DNA of 64,000 nucleotides from an uncultured bacterium (GTDB lineage Bacteria; Patescibacteriota; Minisyncoccia; UBA6257; GWB1-50-10): NCBI GenBank assembly GCA_963713955.1, contig OY970216.1, positions 732,562 to 796,561 of the forward strand, read 5' to 3'. Shown piece by piece: positions 50,258 to 60,902 of this stretch (position 1 is its first letter; each line of letters starts with the position of its first letter). The notes under the pieces were generated by a model. It saw only the letters and a program-made list of their open reading frames with translations, ran no database searches and was not told where the DNA came from. The position numbers and the translations under genes were made by a program.

Positions 50258-50301
50258 AACCCCACTGTATTCAATTTTGACGAATTCAGCAAGCTGGGCG
50301 A

Positions 50302-50406
50302 CTAATCGCCGTCATCGGCGCTCTCCACTTCTATCATGGGTACATTGCACATCGGGCAGTCGCCCGGCTCCGCAGAGGTGTAACCGCACTCGGGACACTT
50401 GTACAT
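50302..50406 (-). CDS. small zinc-ribbon protein (34 aa)
   Basis: MYKCPECGYTSAEPGDCPMCNVPMIEVESADDGD, a CxxC...CxxC protein. Confidence 0.45.
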   Translation of the reverse strand: MYKCPECGYTSAEPGDCPMCNVPMIEVESADDGD

Positions 50407-50456
50407 TGGAGATGGTTTTGGAAGGAGGATTGATAACTCGACCTTGATGAGGAGAA

Positions 50457-50624
50457 CTATTGCTCTTTCGGCGAAGATACATTCCAGAGCGCGAATATGA
50501 TGACGAGGGCACCTATCAAGAGATTGTTCCAGGAGGGCAAGTTAAGAGCTGAATACCCCAAAACCCACGGCGAGATGATGAGCCACGCGCCGAGGACGAT
50601 CAAAACAGCATGATTCCATCGCAT
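50457..50624 (-). CDS. SPW-repeat small membrane protein
   Basis: MRWNHAVLIVLGAWLIISPWVLGY...ALWNV with two TM segments. Confidence 0.55.
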   Translation of the reverse strand: MRWNHAVLIVLGAWLIISPWVLGYSALNLPSWNNLLIGALVIIFALWNVSSPKEQ

Positions 50625-50699
50625 AGGAACATTATACCATAAACAAGCCTCCCGGGCACGCTCATGCCCGGGAGGCATCTTTGATCCGAAGAATCGAGT

Positions 50700-50879
50700 T
50701 TTCTACCTTCGGAAAGATCTTGTTTTTTCTCTGTGGCAGTCGCGGCACAAAAGCTGATCCAGCCTGTTTTCGTCCGGCTCAAACGGGAGCTCCGTTATAT
50801 CAGCGCCGCACTTGGCACACTTCCAGTTTCCATGAAACATCTGCCTCTGAAAACCGCCACTATTCTGATTAAAATCCAT
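50700..50879 (-). CDS. small zinc-ribbon protein (~59 aa)
   Basis: MDFNQNSGGFQRQMFHGNWKCAKCGADITELPFEPDENRLDQLLCRDCH. Confidence 0.45.
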
Positions 50880-50931
50880 TTAATTTAGCCTTAAAAATCC
50901 GTAAGACTTATTTATTTACGACCTTTCGGGT

Positions 50932-51681
50932 TCACTTGTTATCTTTCAAAGCCTGATCCACGATCGTCCGTACCTGATCCAAGGGCAGCGCTCCGTTTAT
51001 CACGTATTTCTTGCCGGCATTGTTGACCACGATGGAATAAGGCGTCCCTTGACCGCCGGCACTCACGGCATCGTTGTATTCCTGTTGAATTAGGGCTTTG
51101 CCGTAGTCGCTCGCTTGGCACGTCTCAAACTGATTCACGTCGAGCCCGATCTGCCCGGCGATCTTCGGGAGTTCGGCAGGATCCAAACCGTTGTTGGAAG
51201 GCGTTATGGTAAACACCTCGTCGACAAAGCTCCAGAAGGCATCGTTGCCCCCGAGCTTCGCCGCGCACTCGGCCGCCTGGGCTTCGGCCGGCGCCTTCGA
51301 GTGGAGCATGGCGAGCGGGAAGTGCCGATAAACAAGGGCCACCTGGTCGCCGTAGACGCTTAAAACCGCGCTCAAAGTTGCATGAAATTCTTTGCAGAAT
51401 GGACACTCGAGGTCGGAATACTCGATGATCTTGACCGGCGCGTTGACGTTGCCCTTTACATGATCACTCGAGGTGACTGCCGGGACGTTTATCTGAGATG
51501 CGCCTTCGGCAGCGTTCCCGAGATTCGCCTGCCCCGAATTGGAAGTCGATGCCTTCCCCGCGTTATAGACGAGGGCGATCGAAACCAAAAGCGCCGCGAT
51601 CAAAATGCTCGCCGGCAGAAGGAGGTCTCTTTTCTTTTTTTCGATTTTCGCTTCTTCCTGCTTCTTTTCTTCGTCTTCCAT
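50932..51681 (-). CDS. DsbA-like thiol:disulfide oxidoreductase
   Basis: TM anchor, CPFC active site, thioredoxin fold. Confidence 0.75.
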   Translation of the reverse strand: MEDEEKKQEEAKIEKKKRDLLLPASILIAALLVSIALVYNAGKASTSNSGQANLGNAAEGASQINVPAVTSSDHVKGNVNAPVKIIEYSDLECPFCKEFHATLSAVLSVYGDQVALVYRHFPLAMLHSKAPAEAQAAECAAKLGGNDAFWSFVDEVFTITPSNNGLDPAELPKIAGQIGLDVNQFETCQASDYGKALIQQEYNDAVSAGGQGTPYSIVVNNAGKKYVINGALPLDQVRTIVDQALKDNK

Positions 51682-51875
51682 CTAATCTGTTTGATTTAAG
51701 AGTATAACTTACCTATCATAAAGTCAACCCCGCACCGAGCCAAGCGCTGCAGCACCTGACACTTTTAGCTGCTCTGCCTTAGTCGACAATCTCAAAAAGA
51801 AGAAGTCATCATTTTCTTCTCATAATTTTCAATCGGCGCTGAAAGTGGAGCGCTTGATCTGGTGACGGGGTCAAT

Positions 51876-53342
51876 ATGGAAAAATTGAGGTCTCTCCTCT
51901 TCGAAAACAAGACCGACAAGCAAACTTTCTTCAAAAATTCGTTCTGGCTCGCCGTCGGAAACATCGTAAGCAAACTGATGCGGGCCGTCCTTATCATAGC
52001 GGCCGCGAGAATACTCCAGGCGGAAGGATACGGAATATATTCCTATGCCCTGAGCTTGGCGGGCTTTTTCACCATATTCTCGGACATCGGGTTGTCATCC
52101 CTCCTCACGAGAGAGCTTTCGAAACACAAAGACGAGGACATACGACCGTACATTTCGACCACTTTTTACATAAAGATCCTCCTCATTGTTTTGAGCGTCG
52201 CCGTGACGGTCATCTTAGGACCCCACTTCACGAAAATACCGGAAGTAAAAACGATCATACCGATCGTGGCGTTCCTCACCGCCTTTGACAGCATGCGGAG
52301 TTTTTTCTACTCAATCACCAGATCTTCGAACCAAATGGAAGTGGAAGCGCGGTCAATCATATTCACCGAAATCGCCATTGACGCGTTGAGTTTCTTCGTG
52401 CTCTTCACGAGGCCCTCCGTTGAATCGGTCTCTCTCGCTTACACCATAGGAGACGCCGTGGGGTGTCTCGGGATCGGTTGGAAAACCAGAAACATCTGGA
52501 TACCGGCCATGAAAAAACCGTTCGAAAGCAAGCTCGTCAAACAAATCGTGAATTCCGCCTGGCCGTTCGCCATCATGGGGCTTCTCGGGAGTTTCATGAT
52601 AAACGTCGACTCGATAGTCATCGGGTGGTTCAGGAACGCGTACGAACTCGGGCTTTACGCGGCGGCCCAAAAACCCGTGCAACTGCTCTACATGATACCC
52701 GGACTCTTGAGCACGGGCATCTTCCCGATAGTGGCAAGGATGGTTTATAACGGAGAAAAGGAAAAAGTGCAGAGGATCACGAACCAGCTTTTCAAGGGCG
52801 TCACCTTGATAGCCCTGCCGATAATGCTCGGGGGAATTGTCCTCGGGACGAAAATCGTCAACCTCGCTTTCGGATCGGCTTACGACGGAGCGTCCCTGAC
52901 CTTCGAACTGCTTCTCCTGACCCTCGCGCCGGTATTCGCCGGCATGGTGTGGGGGAACGTCGTTTTCGCTTATGACAAGCAAAGGATTTTCATCATAACC
53001 ACGCTTATCGGCGCAATCTTGAATACCGGCCTGGATTTTCTCCTGATACCTCATTATGGTCTCCCCGGCTCGGCCGTCGCCACCATCATTTCGCAGATAT
53101 TTTCGAACGGCTACACCTGGTTCAAGCTTAACCAAATCGTTAAGGTTCATCTTTTCGAAGGGTTGGGCAAGGGCTCCTTTGCCGCCATCCTCATGGCCGT
53201 CGCCGCATTTTTCATGCAAATACACGGGGTGAACACCATAACGATCATCGCTTTATCGGCGATAATCTACTCCCTGCTTTTAATCCTCTTCAAAGAACCG
53301 ATCCTTGAATCCGTACCGGTCGTGAACCGGTTTATAAAGTAA
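51876..53342 (+). CDS. polysaccharide flippase (Wzx/MOP superfamily)
   Basis: 488 aa, ~12-14 TM, polysaccharide-biosynthesis-protein topology. Confidence 0.75.
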   Translation: MEKLRSLLFENKTDKQTFFKNSFWLAVGNIVSKLMRAVLIIAAARILQAEGYGIYSYALSLAGFFTIFSDIGLSSLLTRELSKHKDEDIRPYISTTFYIKILLIVLSVAVTVILGPHFTKIPEVKTIIPIVAFLTAFDSMRSFFYSITRSSNQMEVEARSIIFTEIAIDALSFFVLFTRPSVESVSLAYTIGDAVGCLGIGWKTRNIWIPAMKKPFESKLVKQIVNSAWPFAIMGLLGSFMINVDSIVIGWFRNAYELGLYAAAQKPVQLLYMIPGLLSTGIFPIVARMVYNGEKEKVQRITNQLFKGVTLIALPIMLGGIVLGTKIVNLAFGSAYDGASLTFELLLLTLAPVFAGMVWGNVVFAYDKQRIFIITTLIGAILNTGLDFLLIPHYGLPGSAVATIISQIFSNGYTWFKLNQIVKVHLFEGLGKGSFAAILMAVAAFFMQIHGVNTITIIALSAIIYSLLLILFKEPILESVPVVNRFIK

Positions 53343-53354
53343 AAACTCCTAACG

Positions 53355-54338
53355 TCAAGCGAAGCGACCGATGCGGCCGAGGAGTGCCTCTTCGGCGGTA
53401 TAGCGGTACTTAAAATTCAAATCCTTTTCGATGGCGGAACCGTCAACGTTTATCGGATAAATGAGCCCATTCACGGCACTCGCGGGAACAAGCTTCCCAA
53501 AGCTCACCGGATAGAGGATGGAGAGTGCAGTTTTCACGAGCCAGACCGGCACGCGGACAATTTTCTTCCCGAGTATCCGCGCGATGTCGGCGATTTCTAG
53601 AAACTGTTCCGGCGCGACGTTATAGATTGCAACTGTTCCTCCGTCACTTCGCGCAATTGACGCGAAAATCGCGTCAACAACGTCGTCTTCATGGACGAAC
53701 TGCCGCGCCCAATGAGAATCCAACTCCATCACGAACGGCAAAAGTTTCTTGAGAAACGTGATAAGCCCGAATTTCGAGGATAAGCTCTGGCTTCGGGGGC
53801 CGGTCACGCTATTCAAGCGCAAAACCGTGATCCGCGTTCCCGGATCGCACTTTTCGACAAGCTCCCGCAGGTCCTCCTCGACGAGTTTTTTCTGATAGCC
53901 ATAGGGATTCTTTACTTCCGTGAACGGATCGCTTTCTGTGAGAAGCCGGCCAATGTTTTCCCTGCACGCACCGTACGAAGAAACGGTGCTCAGATAGATA
54001 AGTGACGGAACTTTGTTTTCAAAAGCGAACGCAAACGTATTTTGGGACGCACCGCGGTTATTCCGTTCGTATACCTTCGCCCTACCGAACGGAGCGCGAA
54101 TGCGGAAAGCCGAATGGACGATGGCATCAACAGGACCATTCTGGAGAACGTGTTTTTGCCACTCATCCGTCGCAAGATCCGCCTGGATCCACGAAACGCG
54201 CGACTCCGGCCACCATCTCTTCGGCATCGGGAGTAAATCGATTCCGGTCACACGAGTTTCGGGGAAGATCTCAAGGAGACGATCGACGACCATCCCCCCG
54301 ATATATCCGGCTGCGCCTGTCACAATTACATTCTTCAT
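53355..54338 (-). CDS. NAD-dependent sugar epimerase/dehydratase (extended SDR)
   Basis: TGAAGYIG Rossmann motif. Confidence 0.8.
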   Translation of the reverse strand: MKNVIVTGAAGYIGGMVVDRLLEIFPETRVTGIDLLPMPKRWWPESRVSWIQADLATDEWQKHVLQNGPVDAIVHSAFRIRAPFGRAKVYERNNRGASQNTFAFAFENKVPSLIYLSTVSSYGACRENIGRLLTESDPFTEVKNPYGYQKKLVEEDLRELVEKCDPGTRITVLRLNSVTGPRSQSLSSKFGLITFLKKLLPFVMELDSHWARQFVHEDDVVDAIFASIARSDGGTVAIYNVAPEQFLEIADIARILGKKIVRVPVWLVKTALSILYPVSFGKLVPASAVNGLIYPINVDGSAIEKDLNFKYRYTAEEALLGRIGRFA

Positions 54339-54339
54339 G

Positions 54340-55653
54340 TTATTTGCCGGCGGCGGTCACGACCGTCTTCAGTGTTTTCAAAACTATCAAAAGATCGACC
54401 ATGAACGAGTAGTGTTTCAAGTAATAGAGATCGTACGAGAGGCGGACGCGCGTTTCCTCGAGAGAGGCGGTCACCGGATAGTTCACTTGCGCCCATCCGG
54501 TCACGCCCGGTTTCACGAGCGTGCGGATTGCATAGTACGGGATTTGTTCTTCGAGTTTTTTGAAAAAGTCGATGAAATCCGGCCGCGGACCCACAAGCGA
54601 GAGATCGCCTTTCAAAACGTTCCAGATCTGCGGGAGCTCGTCCACGTGCGTCGCCCGGAGAAATTTCCCGACCGGCGTGATGTATTTTGCGTCCTTATCA
54701 AGCCAGTGGTTTTCCCCGTCGCGTTCGTACATCGTGCGGACTTTGTAGTGAGTATAGAGAACACCGTTCCTGCCGATACGCTGCTGCTTCTTGATGAACG
54801 GCCCTTTCGAGGTAAGCTTCACCGCGAGGTAGAGTGGGAGCCACAGGATGCAGAAAATAACGCCAACTACGATCCCCGCGAGAATATCGATGCCACGCTT
54901 CACAAAGTTGTATCCCCGGTGCCGGCGCGTGATGTTCTCGAAAAACCATTCCTCGCGGAGTTCTCCCAGGGGCACTTTCCCTAAAACCATTTCGTAGAAA
55001 TCGGCGAAGGGAATGATTTCGATCCCCCTGCTGAGATTTTTGTAGAGCGACGCCGCGACGTAATTCTTATTCTGCTCAACCTCCAAAATAACCACGGTGC
55101 TTATCCCCTCTCTCATTATCACGTCGCTCAACTGCTCCACCTCAGAAGAGGATGGATCCTTCATGCGAAACTGGATTTTGTAGCCGATTGCCGGATTTTT
55201 TTCCAAATGATCCTTGAGCTCGTCGGTGTCGCCATTCGAACCAATGAAGAGAACTCTTTCCCGCGGGGTTTTCACAACCGCGCCGACCAAGAGACGCCAC
55301 AAGAAGGCGAAAATCGCGAAAAGCACCGTGAAGATTGCGAGATTGGTCTTCGGCGCGATGTGGAAGTACGGGATAGAGTAGAAAATGACGATCGCGAGGC
55401 CGAACCCGACAAGAAGTGTCACGATGATCGTCTCAAGAAGCACAAGATTCTTCCGGATTGTCCTCAAGTCATACCAGCCGGCCGAATAGAGAAGAGCAAG
55501 CCACACGACGAAGACGATGGAAAAGGGCCCGAGGTGTGCCCGCAACAGTCCATCATTGACGTGCCCATACCGTACTTCAACCGTCAAAAAGAGTGTCCCA
55601 TAAAGGAGGATAATATCGCCTAAAAAGAGAACGAATTGCTTGATTCTTATCAT
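54340..55653 (-). CDS. undecaprenyl-phosphate sugar phosphotransferase (WbaP/EpsB-like initiating transferase)
   Basis: N-terminal TMs and a C-terminal bacterial sugar transferase domain (KRGIDIL...SLVGPRP). Confidence 0.85.
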   Translation of the reverse strand: MIRIKQFVLFLGDIILLYGTLFLTVEVRYGHVNDGLLRAHLGPFSIVFVVWLALLYSAGWYDLRTIRKNLVLLETIIVTLLVGFGLAIVIFYSIPYFHIAPKTNLAIFTVLFAIFAFLWRLLVGAVVKTPRERVLFIGSNGDTDELKDHLEKNPAIGYKIQFRMKDPSSSEVEQLSDVIMREGISTVVILEVEQNKNYVAASLYKNLSRGIEIIPFADFYEMVLGKVPLGELREEWFFENITRRHRGYNFVKRGIDILAGIVVGVIFCILWLPLYLAVKLTSKGPFIKKQQRIGRNGVLYTHYKVRTMYERDGENHWLDKDAKYITPVGKFLRATHVDELPQIWNVLKGDLSLVGPRPDFIDFFKKLEEQIPYYAIRTLVKPGVTGWAQVNYPVTASLEETRVRLSYDLYYLKHYSFMVDLLIVLKTLKTVVTAAGK

Positions 55654-55743
55654 AAAAGCTCAAAAACAGTATAAAGTAAAAACAGCCGCCGATAAAGCGG
55701 CATGGGTTGACTTCCGCAGGGTACAACCTATGATAGGAACATT

Positions 55744-56163
55744 ATGGAAAGAAAGTACCTTCCGACATTTGCGGAGCTGATAGATCGGCTGTCCATAGTC
55801 CAACTGAAATCTATATTTATTAAGGACCACAAGAAAGAATACGATGAAGAGATCAAGGATATTATCCACGATTTGGACCTCATCATCAAAGAGAAAAATA
55901 TTAAGCTCACCGGCGACATGGCGAGAGCGATGTTGGTTGTTATGCTCACAAACCGCTATATCTGGGAAAACGAAAGCAAAGCCAGGGAAGGGGGGAATTC
56001 GCAGGACAAACTATTAAAGCTTACCCACTCGATAAACGGGGTTCGTAATCGGGCAAAAAACGTGATCAGCCGCGAAATCGGCGAGAGAGTAGATTTCAAG
56101 ACGGATACCTTAGCGGCCGAACTCATCGCCGAGTTCGGAAACTGGGACGTCTGGAATGACTAA
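55744..56163 (+). CDS. hypothetical protein
   Basis: 139-aa ORF in the divergent spacer of the polysaccharide locus. Confidence 0.4.
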   Translation: MERKYLPTFAELIDRLSIVQLKSIFIKDHKKEYDEEIKDIIHDLDLIIKEKNIKLTGDMARAMLVVMLTNRYIWENESKAREGGNSQDKLLKLTHSINGVRNRAKNVISREIGERVDFKTDTLAAELIAEFGNWDVWND

Positions 56164-57374
56164 TCCGTTATCCTGTGGAATAACTTCCTGAACTCCTCCC
56201 GGGACCTCTTGTCCAAATAATTCTCCATAACGAACTTTCTACCTTCGTCGCCCACCCGACGAGCCAGGTTATGGTTGCCTAAAAGTGATCTCACGGTTTT
56301 TATCCAACCCTCCCGGTCATCGATTCCCTCAACAAACAAATCCTTGCCGTCTTTTAGACCATCTATTCCTCCTGCTCCCAATGGCGTCGTCACGACGGGG
56401 ATGCCGAGAGCCATCGCTTCCAGTATTTTAGTCGGCGTCCCGGCACCGAACCGTAAGGGGGCGATAAATACCCCGCTTTCTGAAATTATCTCATATGGAT
56501 CATTAACAAAGCCGGTGAACAGTACGTCCTCATGATCGCCAAAACCCAAACTATCTTTTTCCCCTATAATTGTTAGCTTCAAAGATGGTATTTCTCTCTT
56601 CATTTCCAGCCATAAATCTTTCAAAAAATAACTGACGGCATCAGCATTGGGCGGATACTTCAAATTACCCATAAAGACCAGTGAGTTATTTTTACCGACC
56701 CACTCATACTGGAGTATTCTCGAGTCTATCCCGTGCCGTATGTTTTCAAAGACAAAATCCCGGCGAAGTCCTGCATGAGAGTGGTTTTCCAAGAGATATT
56801 CCTTATCTCTCCGAGACGCAACATTGAAATACCTGAATTCCGTAAGCAGTTTCGTTTCATAATTTTCAACTCTCTCTTCCTCAACCGAATAAACAGCCCT
56901 CCAAAAAGGCGAGGCGAATTTCTTGCCTTCTTTATAGTTCAGTGAAATAGCGTCATTGAAGTCCAGGAGAACTTTTCCCCTTCCGGCACTATTAAGTTCT
57001 TCGGCGTATCGGCCCAGCCGGATTGTGTGAATGTAGAGAGCATCATATTTCTTTTCGTTTCCGAGAAACCAATCCCTGACCTCACGGAAATAGTAATAGC
57101 CGGACTGTATCGGGAGCGCTGAGAAAATCGACTTAAAGGCATTCCAATAAAACCTCCACTTGGCGTGCAAAAACAAATGGACCTTGCCGAAATTGGCCTC
57201 CAGATATTCTATCTGCGATCCTTTGACCCGATCGTCGGTAACGATCAAGAACTCCAAATCAAAATCCAGGGACAGCCCCTGGATGACATTATTGAATACT
57301 TTAAACCGCGTTCCATCCACTGGCGGGTACGGGACCCGAGTCAAAAATATTAGAATCTTATTTTTATCACCCAT
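56160..57374 (-). CDS. glycosyltransferase family 4
   Basis: C-terminal FIAPLRFGAGTPTKILEAMALGIPVV (EX7E-type). Confidence 0.8.
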   Translation of the reverse strand: MGDKNKILIFLTRVPYPPVDGTRFKVFNNVIQGLSLDFDLEFLIVTDDRVKGSQIEYLEANFGKVHLFLHAKWRFYWNAFKSIFSALPIQSGYYYFREVRDWFLGNEKKYDALYIHTIRLGRYAEELNSAGRGKVLLDFNDAISLNYKEGKKFASPFWRAVYSVEEERVENYETKLLTEFRYFNVASRRDKEYLLENHSHAGLRRDFVFENIRHGIDSRILQYEWVGKNNSLVFMGNLKYPPNADAVSYFLKDLWLEMKREIPSLKLTIIGEKDSLGFGDHEDVLFTGFVNDPYEIISESGVFIAPLRFGAGTPTKILEAMALGIPVVTTPLGAGGIDGLKDGKDLFVEGIDDREGWIKTVRSLLGNHNLARRVGDEGRKFVMENYLDKRSREEFRKLFHRITD

Positions 57375-58273
57375 TAAAGTTTAATAAATAACCCGCTAAA
57401 CCCACCCCTGATCCAAGACAAAATATTTTTTATGTTATTACCTCCCCTGATGATCTGGAAAAGCCTAAACGGAGTTAAAAAAAATATGAACAGTAAAACA
57501 CTGTACACCAAACCGGCAAATGCAAAGTTCTTCTTGACCAGTAAAAGTGAAGTCCTCGCCAAATTGTACAAAACAAAAGGCGTTGTCCTGTTCTTGTTTA
57601 TATCAATGTCATGCCACGCGCTTGCTTCAGTAACGTATAAAACATCGAATCCTGCCTTTTTAGCTCTCAGACAAAAATCGAGGTCTTCGCCATAAAAGAA
57701 AAATCTCTCGTCAAAAAAACCAATACTGTCAAAGACCTCCTTTTTCACTAGCATCGCGCAGCCGGAAAGAAAGTCCACAATTTTAACTGTATTGGTTAGA
57801 TCTCCTCGAATCTTGTTTTTCTCGGGCACGACAACCCCCATTTTCAATTTACTAAAATAACCACCGCCCTGCCACACCCTGTCTTTCTCCCTAAGATAGA
57901 ATATGCAGGGCCCGGCTATGCCTCTATTATCACCGGAAAACAGTACTGACGCTAATTTCTCCAGGGTATCTTCACCAACTATGGCATCGTTATTCAAAAG
58001 AAAAACGGCGTCAGAGTTTACTTCAACGGCATACCTCACGCCGATATTCACACCTTTTGCGAAGCCCAGGTTGGAACCATTATAAATGAACCTTACGCCA
58101 ATAAATTCTTTCTCCAATTTTTGTGTCGACCCGTCATGACTACCGTTATCTACAATAACCACGTTCAAACTGAAATTTTCCCTATTGCTCTTCAACAAAG
58201 ACGCTATCGCCATCTTGGTCTTTTTATATTCGTTCCAATTCAAAACTATGGCTGTAATTTTTTTTCCAGGCAT
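57374..58273 (-). CDS. glycosyltransferase family 2
   Basis: VIVDNGSHDGS...NNDAIV GT-A fold motifs. Confidence 0.8.
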   Translation of the reverse strand: MPGKKITAIVLNWNEYKKTKMAIASLLKSNRENFSLNVVIVDNGSHDGSTQKLEKEFIGVRFIYNGSNLGFAKGVNIGVRYAVEVNSDAVFLLNNDAIVGEDTLEKLASVLFSGDNRGIAGPCIFYLREKDRVWQGGGYFSKLKMGVVVPEKNKIRGDLTNTVKIVDFLSGCAMLVKKEVFDSIGFFDERFFFYGEDLDFCLRAKKAGFDVLYVTEASAWHDIDINKNRTTPFVLYNLARTSLLLVKKNFAFAGLVYSVLLFIFFLTPFRLFQIIRGGNNIKNILSWIRGGFSGLFIKL

Positions 58274-58276
58274 GGA

Positions 58277-59428
58277 TTAAAATCTAGAAACTAATTCATC
58301 GAACATCAATGCTATGTTTTTTCTATTCAACACAGATACCCAATAAGACGAGATGTTTTCGGCTTTACGTTCGCCACTTTCCCATCTGTCAGCTTCCACA
58401 ACAAGAGAAGCTAATACCGCCCTATAGCTAAAATTGGACGAAATGCTGCCATATAATCCACCCCCAGTAAGGAATCTCAACGGGTCAAGTGGAGTGCCGA
58501 CAATGGAGCATCCGCAAACCGCTGCCTCGGCGGCCACGATACCAAAACTCTCCCATCTGCTTGGCATTAGCAATATCTTGGATTTACTCAAGTACTCGGT
58601 CATTTTCGTATGGCTAACCTCGCTTTCTACGGTAAACATATTGCCAATCGACTCCGGCATTCTCTTGATTTTCTTCGAGAAATAATCACTGCCTGAACCG
58701 AGGATCACAAAGCGCCATCCCCCATTCAAGCGAGAAAATCCCAGCATGGTTTTCAATAAAACTTCTTTGTTCTTCGATCTATCATTCCATCTCCCGGCAG
58801 CTATGATAATATTGCCCTTGGGTTTGCCAATATAGCAAAGAAAGATGTCGTCAACTGGATTCGGTATAAATTTTATTTTTTCTATCAGATCACTTCTGCC
58901 ATTAAACAGCAAGAAATAGGATATATTGGAGACAGCGTCAGGCGATTCTACGACGGCAAAGTCAGCCCTAACTAACTGATCTACTTTTCTATTCACAAAA
59001 ACCGTTCCGAATAAAAACCACTTTGCGAAGACCTTCAAATATTTAAGCGCCTCTTTGAATGACATCGGGAATTTGAAGCACCCCCTTAACTGTGACTGGA
59101 AAACCGGGTAAGCAATCCTCCCATCGCTGTCCAATTTCACTATCACCTTTATTCCAGCTTCTTTTGCAGAGGCAACCATTTTATTCATTTTGACCGATAG
59201 CCACGAGAAGAATATCATTAATTCCAGATTGGCATTTCCGTAAAATTCAGAAGATTCAAGCTCTCCCCATTTGACCTCCATAATGCTCAGTGGTGGGTCA
59301 ATGCATTTATTTTTGCAGGTTATGAGAACGACATCATGGCCCAAATCTTTGAGCCCCAAGGCGATTTGCCCGAAGTCCTTATATAAAAAACTTTTCTCTA
59401 TGGTTGGCAGAAAAATACCTATTTTCAT
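58277..59428 (-). CDS. glycosyltransferase family 1
   Basis: SRWESFGIVAAEAAVCGCSIVGTP. Confidence 0.7.
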   Translation of the reverse strand: MKIGIFLPTIEKSFLYKDFGQIALGLKDLGHDVVLITCKNKCIDPPLSIMEVKWGELESSEFYGNANLELMIFFSWLSVKMNKMVASAKEAGIKVIVKLDSDGRIAYPVFQSQLRGCFKFPMSFKEALKYLKVFAKWFLFGTVFVNRKVDQLVRADFAVVESPDAVSNISYFLLFNGRSDLIEKIKFIPNPVDDIFLCYIGKPKGNIIIAAGRWNDRSKNKEVLLKTMLGFSRLNGGWRFVILGSGSDYFSKKIKRMPESIGNMFTVESEVSHTKMTEYLSKSKILLMPSRWESFGIVAAEAAVCGCSIVGTPLDPLRFLTGGGLYGSISSNFSYRAVLASLVVEADRWESGERKAENISSYWVSVLNRKNIALMFDELVSRF

Positions 59429-59470
59429 TATGGTATATATACTATAATTGAAACATCATAAACACAAAGT

Positions 59471-60120
59471 ATGATCGACGAATCGAGATACGACCTGACA
59501 GTCGCTTACAGAATACACCCGAAGATATCGGGGAAACCCTTATTTTTCGGCGACGATAAATTCAAACTGGCTGAGTTATGCCTCAAATCGTTCGAGGGCG
59601 CGCTGGGACAACTAAAGACCAAATCTTCGTCATATTGGACGGCTGCCCGAAAGAATACGAAAACATGATGAATGCCGCCCTGAAGAAGAGGGATTTCGAC
59701 ATCATAAAACTCGATAGGGCAGGAAACAGACCAACATTCGAAAAACAAATATACATATTACTGAATCAGAGATTATCAGAATATGTTTATTTTGCCGAAG
59801 ACGATTATTTATATCTGCCCAACTCAGTAGAGTACGGCTTGGATTTCATGAAAAACAATAATGGTGTGGACTTCGTATCCCTTAATGACCATGCGGATTA
59901 TTACAAAATGACACTACATACAACGAAGCGAAAGGGCATTACATATAAGGACAGGTATTGGCGGCCAGTCGGATCTACTTGCTTGACCTTCCTGACTAAT
60001 AGACGTGGCTGACCGGTTGGCGGAGAATACTATTCTCAAAGAAAGTGGGATTGTATTCATCAACACCCAGCTACGCTACACATTTGGAATCGGAGGATAT
60101 AGCGCCTAGGATAGATTGGC
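59471..60120 (+). pseudogene. frameshifted glycosyltransferase-like gene
   Basis: Two overlapping ORFs (59471-59668 frame 2, 59578-60012 frame 1) read as one protein if a +1 shift occurs near 59620. A further fragment follows at 60013-60120. Confidence 0.35.
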
Positions 60121-60121
60121 T

Positions 60122-60901
60122 TCAGGTCAAAAATAACACTCCTATTCCGTAACCACCCTGCTCCCAGCTTTCCACAAACTCCCGATATTCGTGACCGGGC
60201 TTTATTTCCCGCCAGAATCTTGGGACACCACCGACATAGTCCTCGGGACCATTAACTATATCGTGGAAAGCCACTACGCCGCCGTTTTTCACCAGCGGAC
60301 TATACATTTCAAAATCTTTTTTCACGCCTTCATATGTATGATCGCCGTCTATAAACAGAAAGTCCAGCTTCTGATCTTTCAATGTGTCTTTTACCAAAGC
60401 AAGAGTCGAATCCTCGTGGGAATCCGCCCTAAAAAGGAACTGTTTCTGGCCCCCTTTTTTGAAGGCTTCGAAAAAAGGCATCCTCCATTCTTCATAACCG
60501 CCGCCGAACCTGCCTTCCGGAAGATCAACACTCAATATGGTTGCATCATCGGAAGAAAGTCTCGAAAAACAAAAGAGAGCGCCTCCATTCGCCGTACCGA
60601 TTTCCAAAACATATTTGGGGCGTCTGGCCTCTACTATCTCGAGTAATTTCATAAACTCATTCTTGATCTGCATTGCACTGAATACGCCAAGATATTTTTT
60701 AAATATAAAGTCGAACATCTTACTTCTGTGGCCAGAGCTGAAATCGGTTATTTCTTTTATTATCCTCCCTTCACTTGCGGAAATAACGACACTCACATAC
60801 AAAGGAGTTAGGATTAATCTGGCTAAATTAGCCACTTTCGACATAAAAACCGCCGGTCCTTTTTCCGTCAATATTTTTAATCCTTTTTTGATTTTGTTCA
60901 T
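60122..60901 (-). CDS. class I SAM-dependent O-methyltransferase (TylF/MycF-like)
   Basis: FLFIDGDHTYEGVKKDFEMY...GGVVAFHDI. Confidence 0.7.
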   Translation of the reverse strand: MNKIKKGLKILTEKGPAVFMSKVANLARLILTPLYVSVVISASEGRIIKEITDFSSGHRSKMFDFIFKKYLGVFSAMQIKNEFMKLLEIVEARRPKYVLEIGTANGGALFCFSRLSSDDATILSVDLPEGRFGGGYEEWRMPFFEAFKKGGQKQFLFRADSHEDSTLALVKDTLKDQKLDFLFIDGDHTYEGVKKDFEMYSPLVKNGGVVAFHDIVNGPEDYVGGVPRFWREIKPGHEYREFVESWEQGGYGIGVLFLT

Positions 60902-60902
60902 A

